A stretch of DNA of 64,000 nucleotides from Gammaproteobacteria bacterium (GCA_965220875.1 OZ244849.1:1562979-1626978); one strand, 5' to 3'; numbered from the stretch's first letter, positions 28,186 to 38,947 are shown. Notes: generated by a model from the letters alone, not told the origin. Numbers and translations: made by a program.

Positions 28186-28812
28186 CTAGTCGAATAGAAC
28201 GTTGTTGATGATATGGTTTGCAACCTCTTCTATGCCTTCACCCGTTTTACAATTTGTCAGCACAAGGTGTTTTCCATCCCTCACTTCAAGTCCCTCTTTC
28301 ACCATCAGGTCCACGTCTGCTCCTACAAACGGCGCCAAGTCGACTTTATTGATGACAAGCAAATCTGATTGGACGATACCGGGTCCTCTTTTGCGAGGAA
28401 TGTCGTCCCCTTCTGAAGTGTCTATCACAAACATCCAGTAATCTACGAGGTCCAGGGAAAAAGTGGATGCCAGGTTGTCTCCGCCGCTTTCTATCAGGAT
28501 AACATCCAGGTGTTCGAACTCCCTGTCCAGGTTTTCTGCAGCCTGCGAGTTCAAGGTAGGATCTTCACGGATAACTGTATGCGGACATGCGCCTGCTTCC
28601 ACTGCGACGATTCGTTCTGGGGCAAGCAATCCGGATCTTTGCAGGCGCTTTGCATCTTCTCGGGTGACCAGGTCATTCGTAATCACTGCAATTTCATTTC
28701 CCCGCTTGATAAACCGCGGGATCAGTTGCTCAATCAGGGCTGTCTTGCCCGACCCAACCGGGCCACCGATACCCACTCGTGCAGGGCCATTACGGGAATT
28801 CTGCTGGATCAT
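28186..28812 (-). CDS. ureG: Urease accessory GTPase UreG
   Basis: [26 protein letters not shown]; ATGA overlap with the ureC stop. Confidence 0.96.
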   Translation of the reverse strand: MIQQNSRNGPARVGIGGPVGSGKTALIEQLIPRFIKRGNEIAVITNDLVTREDAKRLQRSGLLAPERIVAVEAGACPHTVIREDPTLNSQAAENLDREFEHLDVILIESGGDNLASTFSLDLVDYWMFVIDTSEGDDIPRKRGPGIVQSDLLVINKVDLAPFVGADVDLMVKEGLEVRDGKHLVLTNCKTGEGIEEVANHIINNVLFD

Positions 28813-30521
28813 CGCAGCATGTAGCGTTGTGTCAGGGGAAGGTTCTTGGCCGGATCGCAAGTGGCAAGCTTGCCATTCACGAAGACTTCGAATGTTTCAG
28901 GGTTGACCGTAATTTTTGGACATGCACTGTTGTGCAGCATGTGGTTTTTATTGAGTTTGCGGGTGCCCTGTGCCGCCAGGTTCATTTTTTGAAGCTGCAG
29001 CTTTTCTCCGACTTTATCTTCAATTGCAGATTGATTGACGAAGTTTGCACTCAAGTGCTGCTTGGCATTACCGAATGCCCCCCATTGCGGTCTCAGGATC
29101 ATGGGTTCACAGGTCATCAACGATGCAGCACTATCACCCATTGCTGACCAGATGATAAAGCCGCCCTTGACTATCAGTTCGGGTTTGATTCCAAAAAATG
29201 CGGGCTTCCACAGCACGACATCGGCCAGTTTTCCTTTTTCTAGTGAGCCGATGTATGGGTCAATGCCGAATGTGCGCGCAGCATTGATTGTATATTTTGC
29301 GATATAGCGCTTGATCCTTTCATTGTCGCCGCGTTTTGTGGATTCTTCGGAAAGCCTTCCAAATTGATCCTTCATCTTGCTGGCAAGCTGCCAGGTTCGG
29401 CAGATGACTTCGTTGATTCTGCCCATGCCCTGGCTGTCTGAACCCAGCATGGAGATCGCCCCGAGGTCATGCAGTACGTCTTCTGCAGCGATGGTTTGAG
29501 CGCGGATTCGGCTTTCAGCAAAAGCAACGTCTTCCGGTATTGCAGGGTTCAAATGATGGCATACCATGGTCATGTCAAGATGCTCATCGAATGTATTCAC
29601 GGTATATGGATTTGTCGGGTTGGTGGAGGAGGGCAGGCAATTGTATTCGCCGGCAACCCGTATTATGTCGGGCGCGTGTCCACCTCCCGCCCCCTCGGTG
29701 TGATACATGTGGATGGTACGACCGTTGATCGCAGCCAGTGTATTTTCCAGAAAGCCACTCTCGTTCAAGGTGTCTGTGTGCAATTGGACCTGGAAGTCAA
29801 GCTCATCTGCAACAGACAGGCAGGTATCGATTACTGCAGGCATTGCGCCCCAGTCTTCATGAATCTTCAGTCCCAAACATCCCCCCCGGAGCTGGTCTAT
29901 CAGAGATCTTGGCTTGGACGAGTTGCCGCGCCCCAGGAAACCAAAATTGATGGGCCAATGCTCTGAGGCCTGCAGCATCTTGCCTACGTTCCAGGCACCC
30001 CCACAATCTATTCCTACAGTGATAGGGCCCAGAGAGCCTCCAATCATGGTAGTGATGCCGGAGCTGACAGCATGTTCACACAGCTGCGCACTGTCGAAAT
30101 GCACGTGAACATCTATTCCACCGGGTGTTGCAATCAATCCCTCTGCATCCCGCACAGTTGTCGCTGCACCACAGATAAGGTTTGAGTCAACCTTATCCAT
30201 GGTGGCCGGGTTGCCTGCTTTTCCTATTCCTGCAACCCGGCCTGCCTTGATTCCAATATCTGCTTTGACAATTCCCAGGACCGGGTCTATGACCAGCGCA
30301 TTACAGATCAGCATGTCCAGAGAACCTGCAGCACTGTCGTAGCCGGGTGTCAGACCCAGTCCATCACGCAGTGTCTTGCCTCCGCCATGCAAGCACTCGT
30401 CGCCAGGCACGGCATAATCGTGTTCAACCTCTGCCAAAAGTGAAGTGTCTCCAAGCCGGACAGCATCTCCCTTGGTCGGGCCATACATCAACGAATACTC
30501 TTTTCTTGAAATTTCAATCAT
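28809..30521 (-). CDS. ureC: Urease alpha subunit, divergent variant
   Basis: [58 protein letters not shown]. Confidence 0.95.
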   Translation of the reverse strand: MIEISRKEYSLMYGPTKGDAVRLGDTSLLAEVEHDYAVPGDECLHGGGKTLRDGLGLTPGYDSAAGSLDMLICNALVIDPVLGIVKADIGIKAGRVAGIGKAGNPATMDKVDSNLICGAATTVRDAEGLIATPGGIDVHVHFDSAQLCEHAVSSGITTMIGGSLGPITVGIDCGGAWNVGKMLQASEHWPINFGFLGRGNSSKPRSLIDQLRGGCLGLKIHEDWGAMPAVIDTCLSVADELDFQVQLHTDTLNESGFLENTLAAINGRTIHMYHTEGAGGGHAPDIIRVAGEYNCLPSSTNPTNPYTVNTFDEHLDMTMVCHHLNPAIPEDVAFAESRIRAQTIAAEDVLHDLGAISMLGSDSQGMGRINEVICRTWQLASKMKDQFGRLSEESTKRGDNERIKRYIAKYTINAARTFGIDPYIGSLEKGKLADVVLWKPAFFGIKPELIVKGGFIIWSAMGDSAASLMTCEPMILRPQWGAFGNAKQHLSANFVNQSAIEDKVGEKLQLQKMNLAAQGTRKLNKNHMLHNSACPKITVNPETFEVFVNGKLATCDPAKNLPLTQRYMLR

Positions 30522-30523
30522 TG

Positions 30524-31219
30524 TTACGCCCCTTTGAATCCGCGAACTTTCGCTTTTTGCAGTGCTTCCTTCTTATTGATATCACTGGATGTTGAACCAT
30601 CGGTTAAATGATTCAAGCCGTATACCTCACCGGTTCCTCCAAATTTGACCAGTCGTACTTCCTTGCTTTCGCCAGGTTCAAACCGCACTGCGGTTCCGGC
30701 TGGGACATCAAGGTGTCTTCCGAATGTTTCTTTCCGGTTGAATTCTAATTCGGAATTCACTTCAAAAAAGTGGAAGTGACTGCCGACCTGCACAGGCCGG
30801 TCTCCGGTGTTCAGCACCTTCAGCTTAACTGCCCGTTTTTTGGCATTTATCTTCACATTACCATCACCAGGGATGATTTCTCCAGGATAAGCGCTCTCTT
30901 TGATCTTCGTTTTCCCTGGACGAATGGGTTCATGTACTGTGACGAGCTTGGTGCCATCGGGAAACGTTGCTTCCACCTGCAGCATGCTCATCATCTCGCT
31001 GACGCCAGGCATGACATCATCCGTGCTGAGCAGTGTCGATCCGAAGCTGATCAGCTCTGCTACACTTCGGCCCTCCCGTGCTCCTTCCAAGATTTCGTCG
31101 GCAATTATGGCGGTGGCTTCAGGGTAATTTAACAAGAGCCCTTTCTTCCTCCTCTTCCTGGCCAATTCAGCAGCGGTATAGATGGTTAAACGTTCCAGTT
31201 CAGTGGGTGTCAGCAGCAT
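30524..31219 (-). CDS. ureA: Fused urease gamma/beta subunit
   Basis: Gamma part ([25 protein letters not shown]) in frame with beta part ([28 protein letters not shown]). Confidence 0.95.
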   Translation of the reverse strand: MLLTPTELERLTIYTAAELARKRRKKGLLLNYPEATAIIADEILEGAREGRSVAELISFGSTLLSTDDVMPGVSEMMSMLQVEATFPDGTKLVTVHEPIRPGKTKIKESAYPGEIIPGDGNVKINAKKRAVKLKVLNTGDRPVQVGSHFHFFEVNSELEFNRKETFGRHLDVPAGTAVRFEPGESKEVRLVKFGGTGEVYGLNHLTDGSTSSDINKKEALQKAKVRGFKGA

Positions 31220-31248
31220 GGGAGTTCTCCAGAGATTTGAATCATGAG

Positions 31249-31929
31249 CTAGTTTATAAATAGTCTTGTTTCTGATTTCTCGTGTCTCATTGAAGCGATG
31301 TCTGAAACAGGCGTGAATCCATGGATCTCTTCAATCTCAGGCATAGGCCAAGTCAGGATTCTGGAAATTGATTTGCCCAATCTGGTCAGGGTCATCTGGA
31401 AATCAATATGGCTTATAAGCCCTAGACGCAAGGCTGCGCTGAGCGCAGAAGTACAAAAATTGTAAGCAGACAGCGTCAGCACTGGATTTTTGGGTAATCC
31501 TATGGAGTGCCAAAGCAGTCCCTGGCTGACAACCAGGTGTCCGTGTGCCTTGTTATCATGAATGAATGCCTGGTATTGCTTGGCGACAGGGTTGTCCAGC
31601 TTGACATAGGTAGACAGCAAAGCCGAGCCTAATCTTTTGGACCCTTCTCTCAGTTCGCTTGGCAAAGTCATGCATTCTACAAGGTTGTCTGCAGGGATGA
31701 CTGCTTGCAGGTCTTTCGCATGCTCGTAGCAATGGGCCAGCACCACACGTTCAAACGATCCCCATTTGTCGTGAAGCTGACTCTCGATAAAGTCTTCCAC
31801 TCCGCCTGATGAAGTAACCAGGTTGTCATTCTTGAGCATTTCCAGTCCCCAGGAAAAGGAAACAGAACCGGAAGGAAAAATGCTGTCCCCGTGCTGTAAC
31901 AGGGTGAAAACCTGGTCATCATTCATCAT
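31249..31929 (-). CDS. ureF: Urease accessory protein UreF
   Basis: [16 protein letters not shown]; C-terminal [11 protein letters not shown]. Confidence 0.93.
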   Translation of the reverse strand: MMNDDQVFTLLQHGDSIFPSGSVSFSWGLEMLKNDNLVTSSGGVEDFIESQLHDKWGSFERVVLAHCYEHAKDLQAVIPADNLVECMTLPSELREGSKRLGSALLSTYVKLDNPVAKQYQAFIHDNKAHGHLVVSQGLLWHSIGLPKNPVLTLSAYNFCTSALSAALRLGLISHIDFQMTLTRLGKSISRILTWPMPEIEEIHGFTPVSDIASMRHEKSETRLFIN

Positions 31930-32371
31930 GATCGATACGCTTGATCTTTCCTGTTGTGAAAAAATCTTTCAGCCTCTCAAGGTATATTTCCTCCGGGCTT
32001 TCAACCGCTATGCTGAGACACTCCTTTTCAAACTTGACTCGCCAGTGCATGTTTCCTGCAAAATAACCTATTTCGATCGCGCATGAAATGTCTCTGGGCT
32101 TGAGCCGCAGCCATTGCTCCTCGGACATTTTCACTACAACCGCACGATTACTTTCCAGCAGTAATACTGCACCGTTAGTCAACTTGGCCAGCCGTGAAAT
32201 AGAAACCGCACAGTCCGTACCCTGGTCTGTTTTGGCTCTGAAACGCCGCCGCAGCAGGTTTGAGCGGTCAAGTATTATGTATTCAACTTCATTTCGATGA
32301 GACAGGTCATGAAGCCTGCCCGACAAATTCGAGTCATGCACATGGCCAAGGATCTCTGTGATATGAATCAT
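31919..32371 (-). CDS. ureE: Urease accessory protein UreE
   Basis: RRRFRAKTDQG, GYFAGNMHW; no His-rich tail. Confidence 0.88.
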   Translation of the reverse strand: MIHITEILGHVHDSNLSGRLHDLSHRNEVEYIILDRSNLLRRRFRAKTDQGTDCAVSISRLAKLTNGAVLLLESNRAVVVKMSEEQWLRLKPRDISCAIEIGYFAGNMHWRVKFEKECLSIAVESPEEIYLERLKDFFTTGKIKRIDHDE

Positions 32372-32491
32372 GTGAGAATCGTATCTACTCTTTGATCAGT
32401 CGCAATGTGTGTCCGTGTGCATTCATCTGTTCGGGCAACGGACACGCTGTGTACTGCCATCCGGATGTATTGAGACAGGGCAGGAGGCAGG

Positions 32492-33799
32492 TCAGCAATC
32501 CATCGTGGTCTGCATTTCCCACTGGCTGAGATGGCTTGTGTAATCACGCCACTCCATCATTTTCAATTTAATATACGAATCCACGACTTCTGCACCGAGT
32601 TCGCTTCTTAATGCTCTATTCTTCTCAAGTAATCGCAGTGCGTCCAGCAGGGTAGACGGAAGCTTTTTCACATTTTTCAACTTGTCGCCCTCTTCATACA
32701 TGTTGATAAAGCTGGGTTTTCCGGGGTCCAGCTTGTTCTGGATTCCATCCAGCCCGGCCGCGATCACTGCAGCTTGTGCAAGGTAAGGGTTAGTCGCACC
32801 ATCCATCAGTCTCAGTTCGAACCGTCCATCCTCGGGAACCCGGATCATATGGGTGCGGTTGTTGCCTGAATAGGTCACTGCATTGGGCGACCAGGTGGCG
32901 CCTGAAGCAGTTCGCACTGCATCGATTCTTTTGTAACTGTTCACTGTCGGGTTGAGTATGGCACACATTGAAACGGCATGTTCCATGATGCCTCCAAGAA
33001 AATGGTAAGCCAGTTTTGACAGGCCAAGGTGATCGGACTTGTTTAGAAACAGGTTTTTTTCTCCGCTTTTGTTCCAAACAGATAGGTGTGTATGGCACCC
33101 ATTTCCCGTCAGGTTTGGAAATGGCTTGGGCATGAAGGTTGCCCGCATGCCATGATCCCCGGCAATGGTTTTTGTCATAAATTTAAAAAACACATGACGG
33201 TCAGCAGTGATCAATACGTCATTGTAATCCCAGTTCATTTCAAACTGGCCGTTGGCATCTTCGTGATCATTCTGGTACGGACCCCAGCCAAGTTTCAGCA
33301 TGCAGTCACAAATTTCCTTTACTACCGGGTAACGGCGCATCAGTGCCTGCTGGTCGTAGCAAGGCTTGGTTTGGGTGTCCAGCGGGTCCGATATGGAATT
33401 TCCATCCTGGTTGATTAAAAAGTATTCGCATTCGACACCCGTTTTGACCCGATAACCTTTCTTGTGGGCTTTGGCGATTTGTCTTTTGAGGGCAACTCTT
33501 GGAGAGGCTTCAACTTCTTTACCGTCCATCCACAGATCCGATGCCAGCCAGCCAACTTCAGGATTCCAGGGCAATTGAATCAGGCTGCCCGGATCCGGGA
33601 CTCCAAACATGTCTGAATCTGCAGGGGTCATGTCGAGCCATGCCGCGAATCCTGCAAACCCGGCGCCATCTTTTTGCATGCCTTTTATTGCATCGGCAGG
33701 AACCAGCTTTGCACGAAGCACTCCGAATAAATCTACAAAACTTATGAGAAAGTACTTGATCCCCTTGGTTTTTGCGATTTGAGCCAAATCTTTTGCCAT
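32492..33799 (-). CDS. glnT: GlnT-type glutamate-amine ligase, probably gamma-glutamylmethylamide synthetase (GmaS)
   Basis: 435 aa; KYFLISFVDLFG..RAKLVP, GAGFAGFAAWLDMTP, TKPCYDQQALMR, YQNDHEDANGQFEMNW, SGATWSPN, NNRTHMIR are signatures of the GlnT/GmaS clade rather than GlnA. Confidence 0.9.
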   Translation of the reverse strand: MAKDLAQIAKTKGIKYFLISFVDLFGVLRAKLVPADAIKGMQKDGAGFAGFAAWLDMTPADSDMFGVPDPGSLIQLPWNPEVGWLASDLWMDGKEVEASPRVALKRQIAKAHKKGYRVKTGVECEYFLINQDGNSISDPLDTQTKPCYDQQALMRRYPVVKEICDCMLKLGWGPYQNDHEDANGQFEMNWDYNDVLITADRHVFFKFMTKTIAGDHGMRATFMPKPFPNLTGNGCHTHLSVWNKSGEKNLFLNKSDHLGLSKLAYHFLGGIMEHAVSMCAILNPTVNSYKRIDAVRTASGATWSPNAVTYSGNNRTHMIRVPEDGRFELRLMDGATNPYLAQAAVIAAGLDGIQNKLDPGKPSFINMYEEGDKLKNVKKLPSTLLDALRLLEKNRALRSELGAEVVDSYIKLKMMEWRDYTSHLSQWEMQTTMDC

Positions 33800-34389
33800 G
33801 CTTACTCTCCAGTTGTTGATCCCGGTTACCCTGCCGTAGTAGAGCAGGTATTTTAATGCAAATCTTTTCGTTGCGAAGGGTCAGCTGAATGATTGCAAGC
33901 GGCCGGATTCAAAGGTCCCGGACAAAACATGACAAGGTCCTTCGGCCGCGGAGGATGTCACGATATGCAGGTAAAAATGCTTTCAAGTTACGGGCGTTAA
34001 GAACGGTGGACATCGGCAGATTATCATGCACAAAGGGATTAGGGAATTGGAATCAAAATCACCGGACAGGCTCCGTATCAGGGATGGAGTTCGCATTCTT
34101 GCACACACTGTACAAACGGAATTGGCGATCGAGGTCAATACCCGTCACACCGGGTTCACCCTCTGTATTGGTCTGGCATGGACATGTGGCAGAGGGAGCC
34201 TGCTATACTGCCTGAGTACACAATTCTGAATCGCAAAATATTGCCAGCGCTGCCATTCTTCCATTGCCTTTCATTGTGCGTTTGCAGAAGCGGGCGTTCG
34301 ACCATGCGGATGCGGGATGCGAATTCTCCAATTCAATTCCGGGTGAAGTACTCCGTGTGGTTTAAATTCTGCTGAATCCTGGTAGTTCC

Positions 34390-34833
34390 ATGCATATAGA
34401 CACCGCCACGATGGAAGACATTCCTCAATTATGTATCCTTCTTGAAGAGCTGTTTTCCCAGGAAGCGGAATTCAAACCCGATCCTGAAGTCCAAAGCGAG
34501 GGTTTGAAAAAGATTATTTCCAGCCCGGAGACAGGCCGTGTCATTGTAGCCCGTGAGGGAAATGACATCGTAGGCATGGCAAATCTTTTGTTTACCGTCT
34601 CGACTGCGCTGGGCAGTCCGGCTGCAATACTTGAAGACATGGTTGTTCTGCCGCAAGCCCGCCGCTCGGGTATCGGATCCAGGCTCATAGATTACTGTCT
34701 CAAGACGGCCGTGCAGAAAGGCTGCAGGCGTATTACCCTGCTTACGGACCATGACAATGCCGAAGCACACAGGTTCTACGAGCGGCATGGTTTTACACGT
34801 TCATCAATGGTTATTTTTCGGAAAAGTGTTTAG
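34390..34833 (+). CDS. GNAT-family N-acetyltransferase
   Basis: LEDMVVLPQARRSGIGSRLI acetyl-CoA motif; NAEAHRFYERHGF. Confidence 0.92.
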   Translation: MHIDTATMEDIPQLCILLEELFSQEAEFKPDPEVQSEGLKKIISSPETGRVIVAREGNDIVGMANLLFTVSTALGSPAAILEDMVVLPQARRSGIGSRLIDYCLKTAVQKGCRRITLLTDHDNAEAHRFYERHGFTRSSMVIFRKSV

Positions 34834-35204
34834 GGATTTATCTCATGCCGGCTTGGCAGCTGGACGGTGAACCTGCCTTCTGCACGACCGCTGAATTGCA
34901 CGGCAAAATCCGGATACCGCCCAGGCAAGCGAATGGAACCGCCCACCAGTAAGGCTTCAAGCCTTTTGAATACCACATCAGAATTGGTTTGTGGTTCATG
35001 ATGAAGTATGATCTATTTGCCGTTGGCCAAGTTGCGAGCATGCATGTGAGTTGCATGCACGACCCAAGTGATACTGTCCCTGTCATGGCTGCAAGGGATG
35101 CTTGACTGTGATGCTGAACTCGGGCCAGTACAGGCCAGAACGGACCCTGTGCGAAGTTGCCGGATGATATAGAACCTTCCTTCTAGTTAAACCAAATCTG
35201 ATTG

Positions 35205-36452
35205 ATGTTAAAACCATTTGAACTGTTCATTGGTTCCCGCTATTTGCGTGCAAAACGACGCAACCACTTTATTTCATTCATATCCTTGATTTCTTTGGTG
35301 GGAATAGCGCTCAGCATTGTTGTACTAATCACCGTCCTGTCCGTCATGAACGGCTTTCAGCATGAGGTCAAGCATAGGATTCTGGGCATGACATCCCATG
35401 CTTCGGCCTATGAACGGGATGGAATTCTCCGGGACTGGCAAGGCTTGCAAAAAAGGCTGAAGGATTTCTCGGAGGTCAAGGGTTCTGCACCCTTTGTCCA
35501 GGGCCAGAGCATGGCCGTGAAAGGAAAGAAGGTGAACGGTGTCCTGTTAAGCGGAATTGATCCGGAAATAGAAGGAAGGGTCTCGCGCCTAGGGGAGTAC
35601 ATGCTGGATGCCAATCTGAACGTGCTTCGGCCGGGGGAATTCGGAATTTTGCTTGGTGATGACCTGGCAGACCGCCTGGGTGTTCGCACAGGTGAAAAGA
35701 TTTCCGTTATCACTCCAGAGGCGACCGTGACACCAGCGGGCATTCTTCCCAGGCTCAGGCGTTTCACGGTAGTAGGCATCTATTCTGTAGGGATTCCTCA
35801 ATATGACCAAAACACTGCGGCGATCCACATCGAAGACGCTAAAAGGCTGTTCCAGCTGGGAGACTCGGTATCCGGACTGCGCCTGAAATTTGAAGACCTG
35901 TTTGATGCGCCTTCCCTGACCCGTGAACTTCGTACTTACCTGGGAAAGGAATACTGGGTTACCGACTGGTCACAATATAATCAGAATTTCTTCCGCGCCC
36001 TGAAAATAGAAAAAATCATGATGGCAATAATTCTGTCGTTACTGGTCCTGATTGCTGCCTTTAATATTGTGTCTGCTCTGGTCATGGTGGTGACTGAAAA
36101 GCAAAGCGACATCGCAATATTGCGCACACTCGGCGCATCGCCAAAAAGCATCATGGGCATTTTCGTGATCCAAGGTACCGTGATTGGCCTGGTTGGAACT
36201 GCATTGGGGGCTGTATTTGGAATTCTGCTTGCCTCTAACCTGGAGGACATCGTTGGCTGGATCGAGTCCATCTTCAATATGAAGTTCCTGACGGACGGGT
36301 TTTATCCCATTGACGATCTTCCATCCCACATCAATGCTTCAGATGTGGTGCTGGTATGTGCCATCGCGTTTGTCATGAGCGTTCTTGCCACGGTCTATCC
36401 TGCATGGAAGGCGTCCCGCACGCAGCCCGCTGAAGCATTGCGTTACGAGTAG
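35205..36452 (+). CDS. Lipoprotein-releasing ABC permease (LolC/E family)
   Basis: FISFIS, VLSVMNGF, AAFNIVS, IAILRTLGA, PAEALRYE; single copy. Confidence 0.95.
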   Translation: MLKPFELFIGSRYLRAKRRNHFISFISLISLVGIALSIVVLITVLSVMNGFQHEVKHRILGMTSHASAYERDGILRDWQGLQKRLKDFSEVKGSAPFVQGQSMAVKGKKVNGVLLSGIDPEIEGRVSRLGEYMLDANLNVLRPGEFGILLGDDLADRLGVRTGEKISVITPEATVTPAGILPRLRRFTVVGIYSVGIPQYDQNTAAIHIEDAKRLFQLGDSVSGLRLKFEDLFDAPSLTRELRTYLGKEYWVTDWSQYNQNFFRALKIEKIMMAIILSLLVLIAAFNIVSALVMVVTEKQSDIAILRTLGASPKSIMGIFVIQGTVIGLVGTALGAVFGILLASNLEDIVGWIESIFNMKFLTDGFYPIDDLPSHINASDVVLVCAIAFVMSVLATVYPAWKASRTQPAEALRYE

Positions 36453-36458
36453 GCCTTG

Positions 36459-37136
36459 ATGAACCGGGTATTACAGTGTAAATCGCTCGTCAGGACTTTC
36501 GCCAGCGGGCCTTTGAGAGTGGAGGTTCTCAGGGGTGTGGACCTGAGTGTCGAGGCGGGAAGCAGGCAGGCTATTGTCGGCGTATCAGGCAGCGGCAAGA
36601 GTACCCTGATGCATCTGTTGGGAGGGCTGGACATGCCGGATTCGGGCACAGTGGAGGTTTGCGGCCAGGAAATGTCAAGGCTGTCCGATGCGCAGCGCGG
36701 GCGGTTGCGCAATGAAGCCCTTGGTTTCATTTACCAGTTTCACCACTTGCTGCCGGAATTTTCTGCACTGGAAAATGTTGCAATGCCCCTGTTGCTGCGG
36801 CGTGAGTCCAGTGCGCGTGCATCTGAGCAGGCTAAGGAGTTTTTGTCCAAGGTCGGGCTTTCCAAGCGCATGCGGCACAAGCCCGCGGAATTGTCCGGAG
36901 GTGAAAGGCAGCGCGTAGCGATTGCCCGGGCGCTGGTTACCAAGCCACAGATAATTCTTGCAGACGAACCCACCGGCAATCTTGATCGCAGCAATGTAGA
37001 GCAGGTACAAGAGCTGTTGTTACAAATGAGCACCGAGCTCAATACTGCATTCGTCGTCGTGACACATGATCCGGCAGTAGCTGAATCGATGGAAATATCC
37101 TATCAGCTGGAAGACGGAAAACTGTCCTTATCCTGA
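36459..37136 (+). CDS. lolD: Lipoprotein-releasing ABC ATPase
   Basis: GVSGSGKST, GFIYQFHHLL LolD motif, DEPTGNLD. Confidence 0.96.
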   Translation: MNRVLQCKSLVRTFASGPLRVEVLRGVDLSVEAGSRQAIVGVSGSGKSTLMHLLGGLDMPDSGTVEVCGQEMSRLSDAQRGRLRNEALGFIYQFHHLLPEFSALENVAMPLLLRRESSARASEQAKEFLSKVGLSKRMRHKPAELSGGERQRVAIARALVTKPQIILADEPTGNLDRSNVEQVQELLLQMSTELNTAFVVVTHDPAVAESMEISYQLEDGKLSLS

Positions 37137-37165
37137 CGCGGTTGCTTACTTCCTGATACTCTCAC

Positions 37166-38947
37166 TTGAGCATGGCCAACAAAGCTCCTGGACAAAGTAG
37201 CTGGCATACATACCGCAGGTTGCTGAGCTACACGTTTGCGAAGTGGCAGTATCTGCTGCTGGCCTCGATAGCACTGCTGACATTTTCGGGACTGGACGCG
37301 CTGGCAGTTTACCTGCTCGGACCCTTTGTGGATGGTGCATTCGTAGATAAAAGTTTCGATGACATCAAGTGGATTCCAGCGGCCTTGTTACTGGTGATCA
37401 TATTCCGGGGTATTGCAAACTTCATAGGCACTTACTACATCGGCTACGTCGGTGCATACGTCATCAAGGCATTACGCCAGAGCATGTTCGGTCGCCTTCA
37501 ATACCTGCCCGCGAAATACTTTGACCATCAGGTCACCGGCAATCTGCTGTCGAAGTTTTCCTATGATGTCGAGCTGGTGATCGGAGCAGCTTCCAAAAGC
37601 CTGCGCAGCCTGGTGGAGGACAGTTCAAAAATCGTATTTCTGCTGGTAGTGATGATCATCAACAACTGGAAACTTACCCTTCTGTTCCTGGTTGTAGCGC
37701 CTCTGATTGCGCTGGTTGTAGGGTATACGAGCAAGTTGTTCAGGAAGTTCAGTACTCGCATGCAGCAGTCTGTCGGGAAAATCACCCACATTGTGGAGGA
37801 AAGTGTAGTCGGACACCGGATCGTGAAGATTTTCGGTGGTCAGGAGTATGAAATCCACAAGTTCGAACATGCCAATGCCCGGTATATCCGGAATTACCTG
37901 AGAAAGGTCATGACAAAAGCTGCCAGCACACCCGTGATCCAGATGCTGGTGGGGTTTGTTCTGGTAGCGGTCTTGGCCATCGCTGCGAGGCCCGCCATCG
38001 CATCCGAGGAGTCGGCAGGCGAGTTCATGGCCTTCATCATTGCAATGATGTGGATTCTGACACCAGCCCGAAAGCTGACGCTGGTCAACGAGATACTGCA
38101 GACAGGAATTGCTGCAGGGGAAAGTGTTTTCGAACTCATCGACGCGGAAAAGGAGCATGCACTGCCCGGTAAAAAAATAGGAAGATGCCGGGGCAAGATT
38201 GAATATAAGGAGGTGTGTTTCAGATATGCCTCAAGAAAGGACAGGGCACTGGAATGTGTCAGCCTGGACATACAGCCGGGCGAGATGGTGGCATTTGTAG
38301 GCAGGTCTGGCAGTGGCAAGAGTACAATCGTAAACGTGCTCCCAAGATTTTATGAACTGGACAAGGGAGAGATATTGCTGGACGGGATGGATATCTCGGA
38401 GCTTGACCTAGATTCCTTGCGTGAACAAATCGCACTGGTCAGCCAGGAAGTGGTTCTGTTCAATGATACGATCGCAAACAATATTGCGTATGCGAAAGGG
38501 TATGCATCAAATGATCCCAGGGTTATCGAGGCAGCAAAACTGGCGCGTGTCCTGGAATTCACAGACAAGCTGCCTGACGGGCTGGATTCCCTGGCAGGTG
38601 AAAACGGAGTGCTGTTGTCGGGCGGGCAACGGCAGCGCATAGCCATAGCCAGGGCATTCCTGAAGGATGCACCTGTCCTGGTGCTGGACGAGGCCACATC
38701 CTCCCTTGATACCGAGTCTGAGAAATTCATACAGCTTGCACTGGACGTGTTGCAAGAAAACAGGACAACACTGATTATTGCCCACCGTCTGTCAACCATT
38801 GAAAACGCGGACAGGGTGATCGTGATGGATAAAGGGAAAATTGTAGAGACAGGACGGCATCACGAACTGCTTGAGCGCAATCAGATTTATGCAGACCTCT
38901 ACAAGATGCAAACCCGTTCGGCAAGCATGACGGAAGGCGTGCCGTAG
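37166..38947 (+). CDS. msbA: Lipid A export ABC transporter
   Basis: TMD plus NBD (GRSGSGKST, LSGGQRQR, LDEATS); upstream of lpxK. Confidence 0.95.
   Translation: MSMANKAPGQSSWHTYRRLLSYTFAKWQYLLLASIALLTFSGLDALAVYLLGPFVDGAFVDKSFDDIKWIPAALLLVIIFRGIANFIGTYYIGYVGAYVIKALRQSMFGRLQYLPAKYFDHQVTGNLLSKFSYDVELVIGAASKSLRSLVEDSSKIVFLLVVMIINNWKLTLLFLVVAPLIALVVGYTSKLFRKFSTRMQQSVGKITHIVEESVVGHRIVKIFGGQEYEIHKFEHANARYIRNYLRKVMTKAASTPVIQMLVGFVLVAVLAIAARPAIASEESAGEFMAFIIAMMWILTPARKLTLVNEILQTGIAAGESVFELIDAEKEHALPGKKIGRCRGKIEYKEVCFRYASRKDRALECVSLDIQPGEMVAFVGRSGSGKSTIVNVLPRFYELDKGEILLDGMDISELDLDSLREQIALVSQEVVLFNDTIANNIAYAKGYASNDPRVIEAAKLARVLEFTDKLPDGLDSLAGENGVLLSGGQRQRIAIARAFLKDAPVLVLDEATSSLDTESEKFIQLALDVLQENRTTLIIAHRLSTIENADRVIVMDKGKIVETGRHHELLERNQIYADLYKMQTRSASMTEGVP

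Noticed and set aside
33800-34389. Sigma54 promoter or guanidine riboswitch upstream of glnT or the GNAT gene
   Set aside because: No TGGCAC-N5-TTGC on the relevant strand and no guanidine aptamer core motifs recognised
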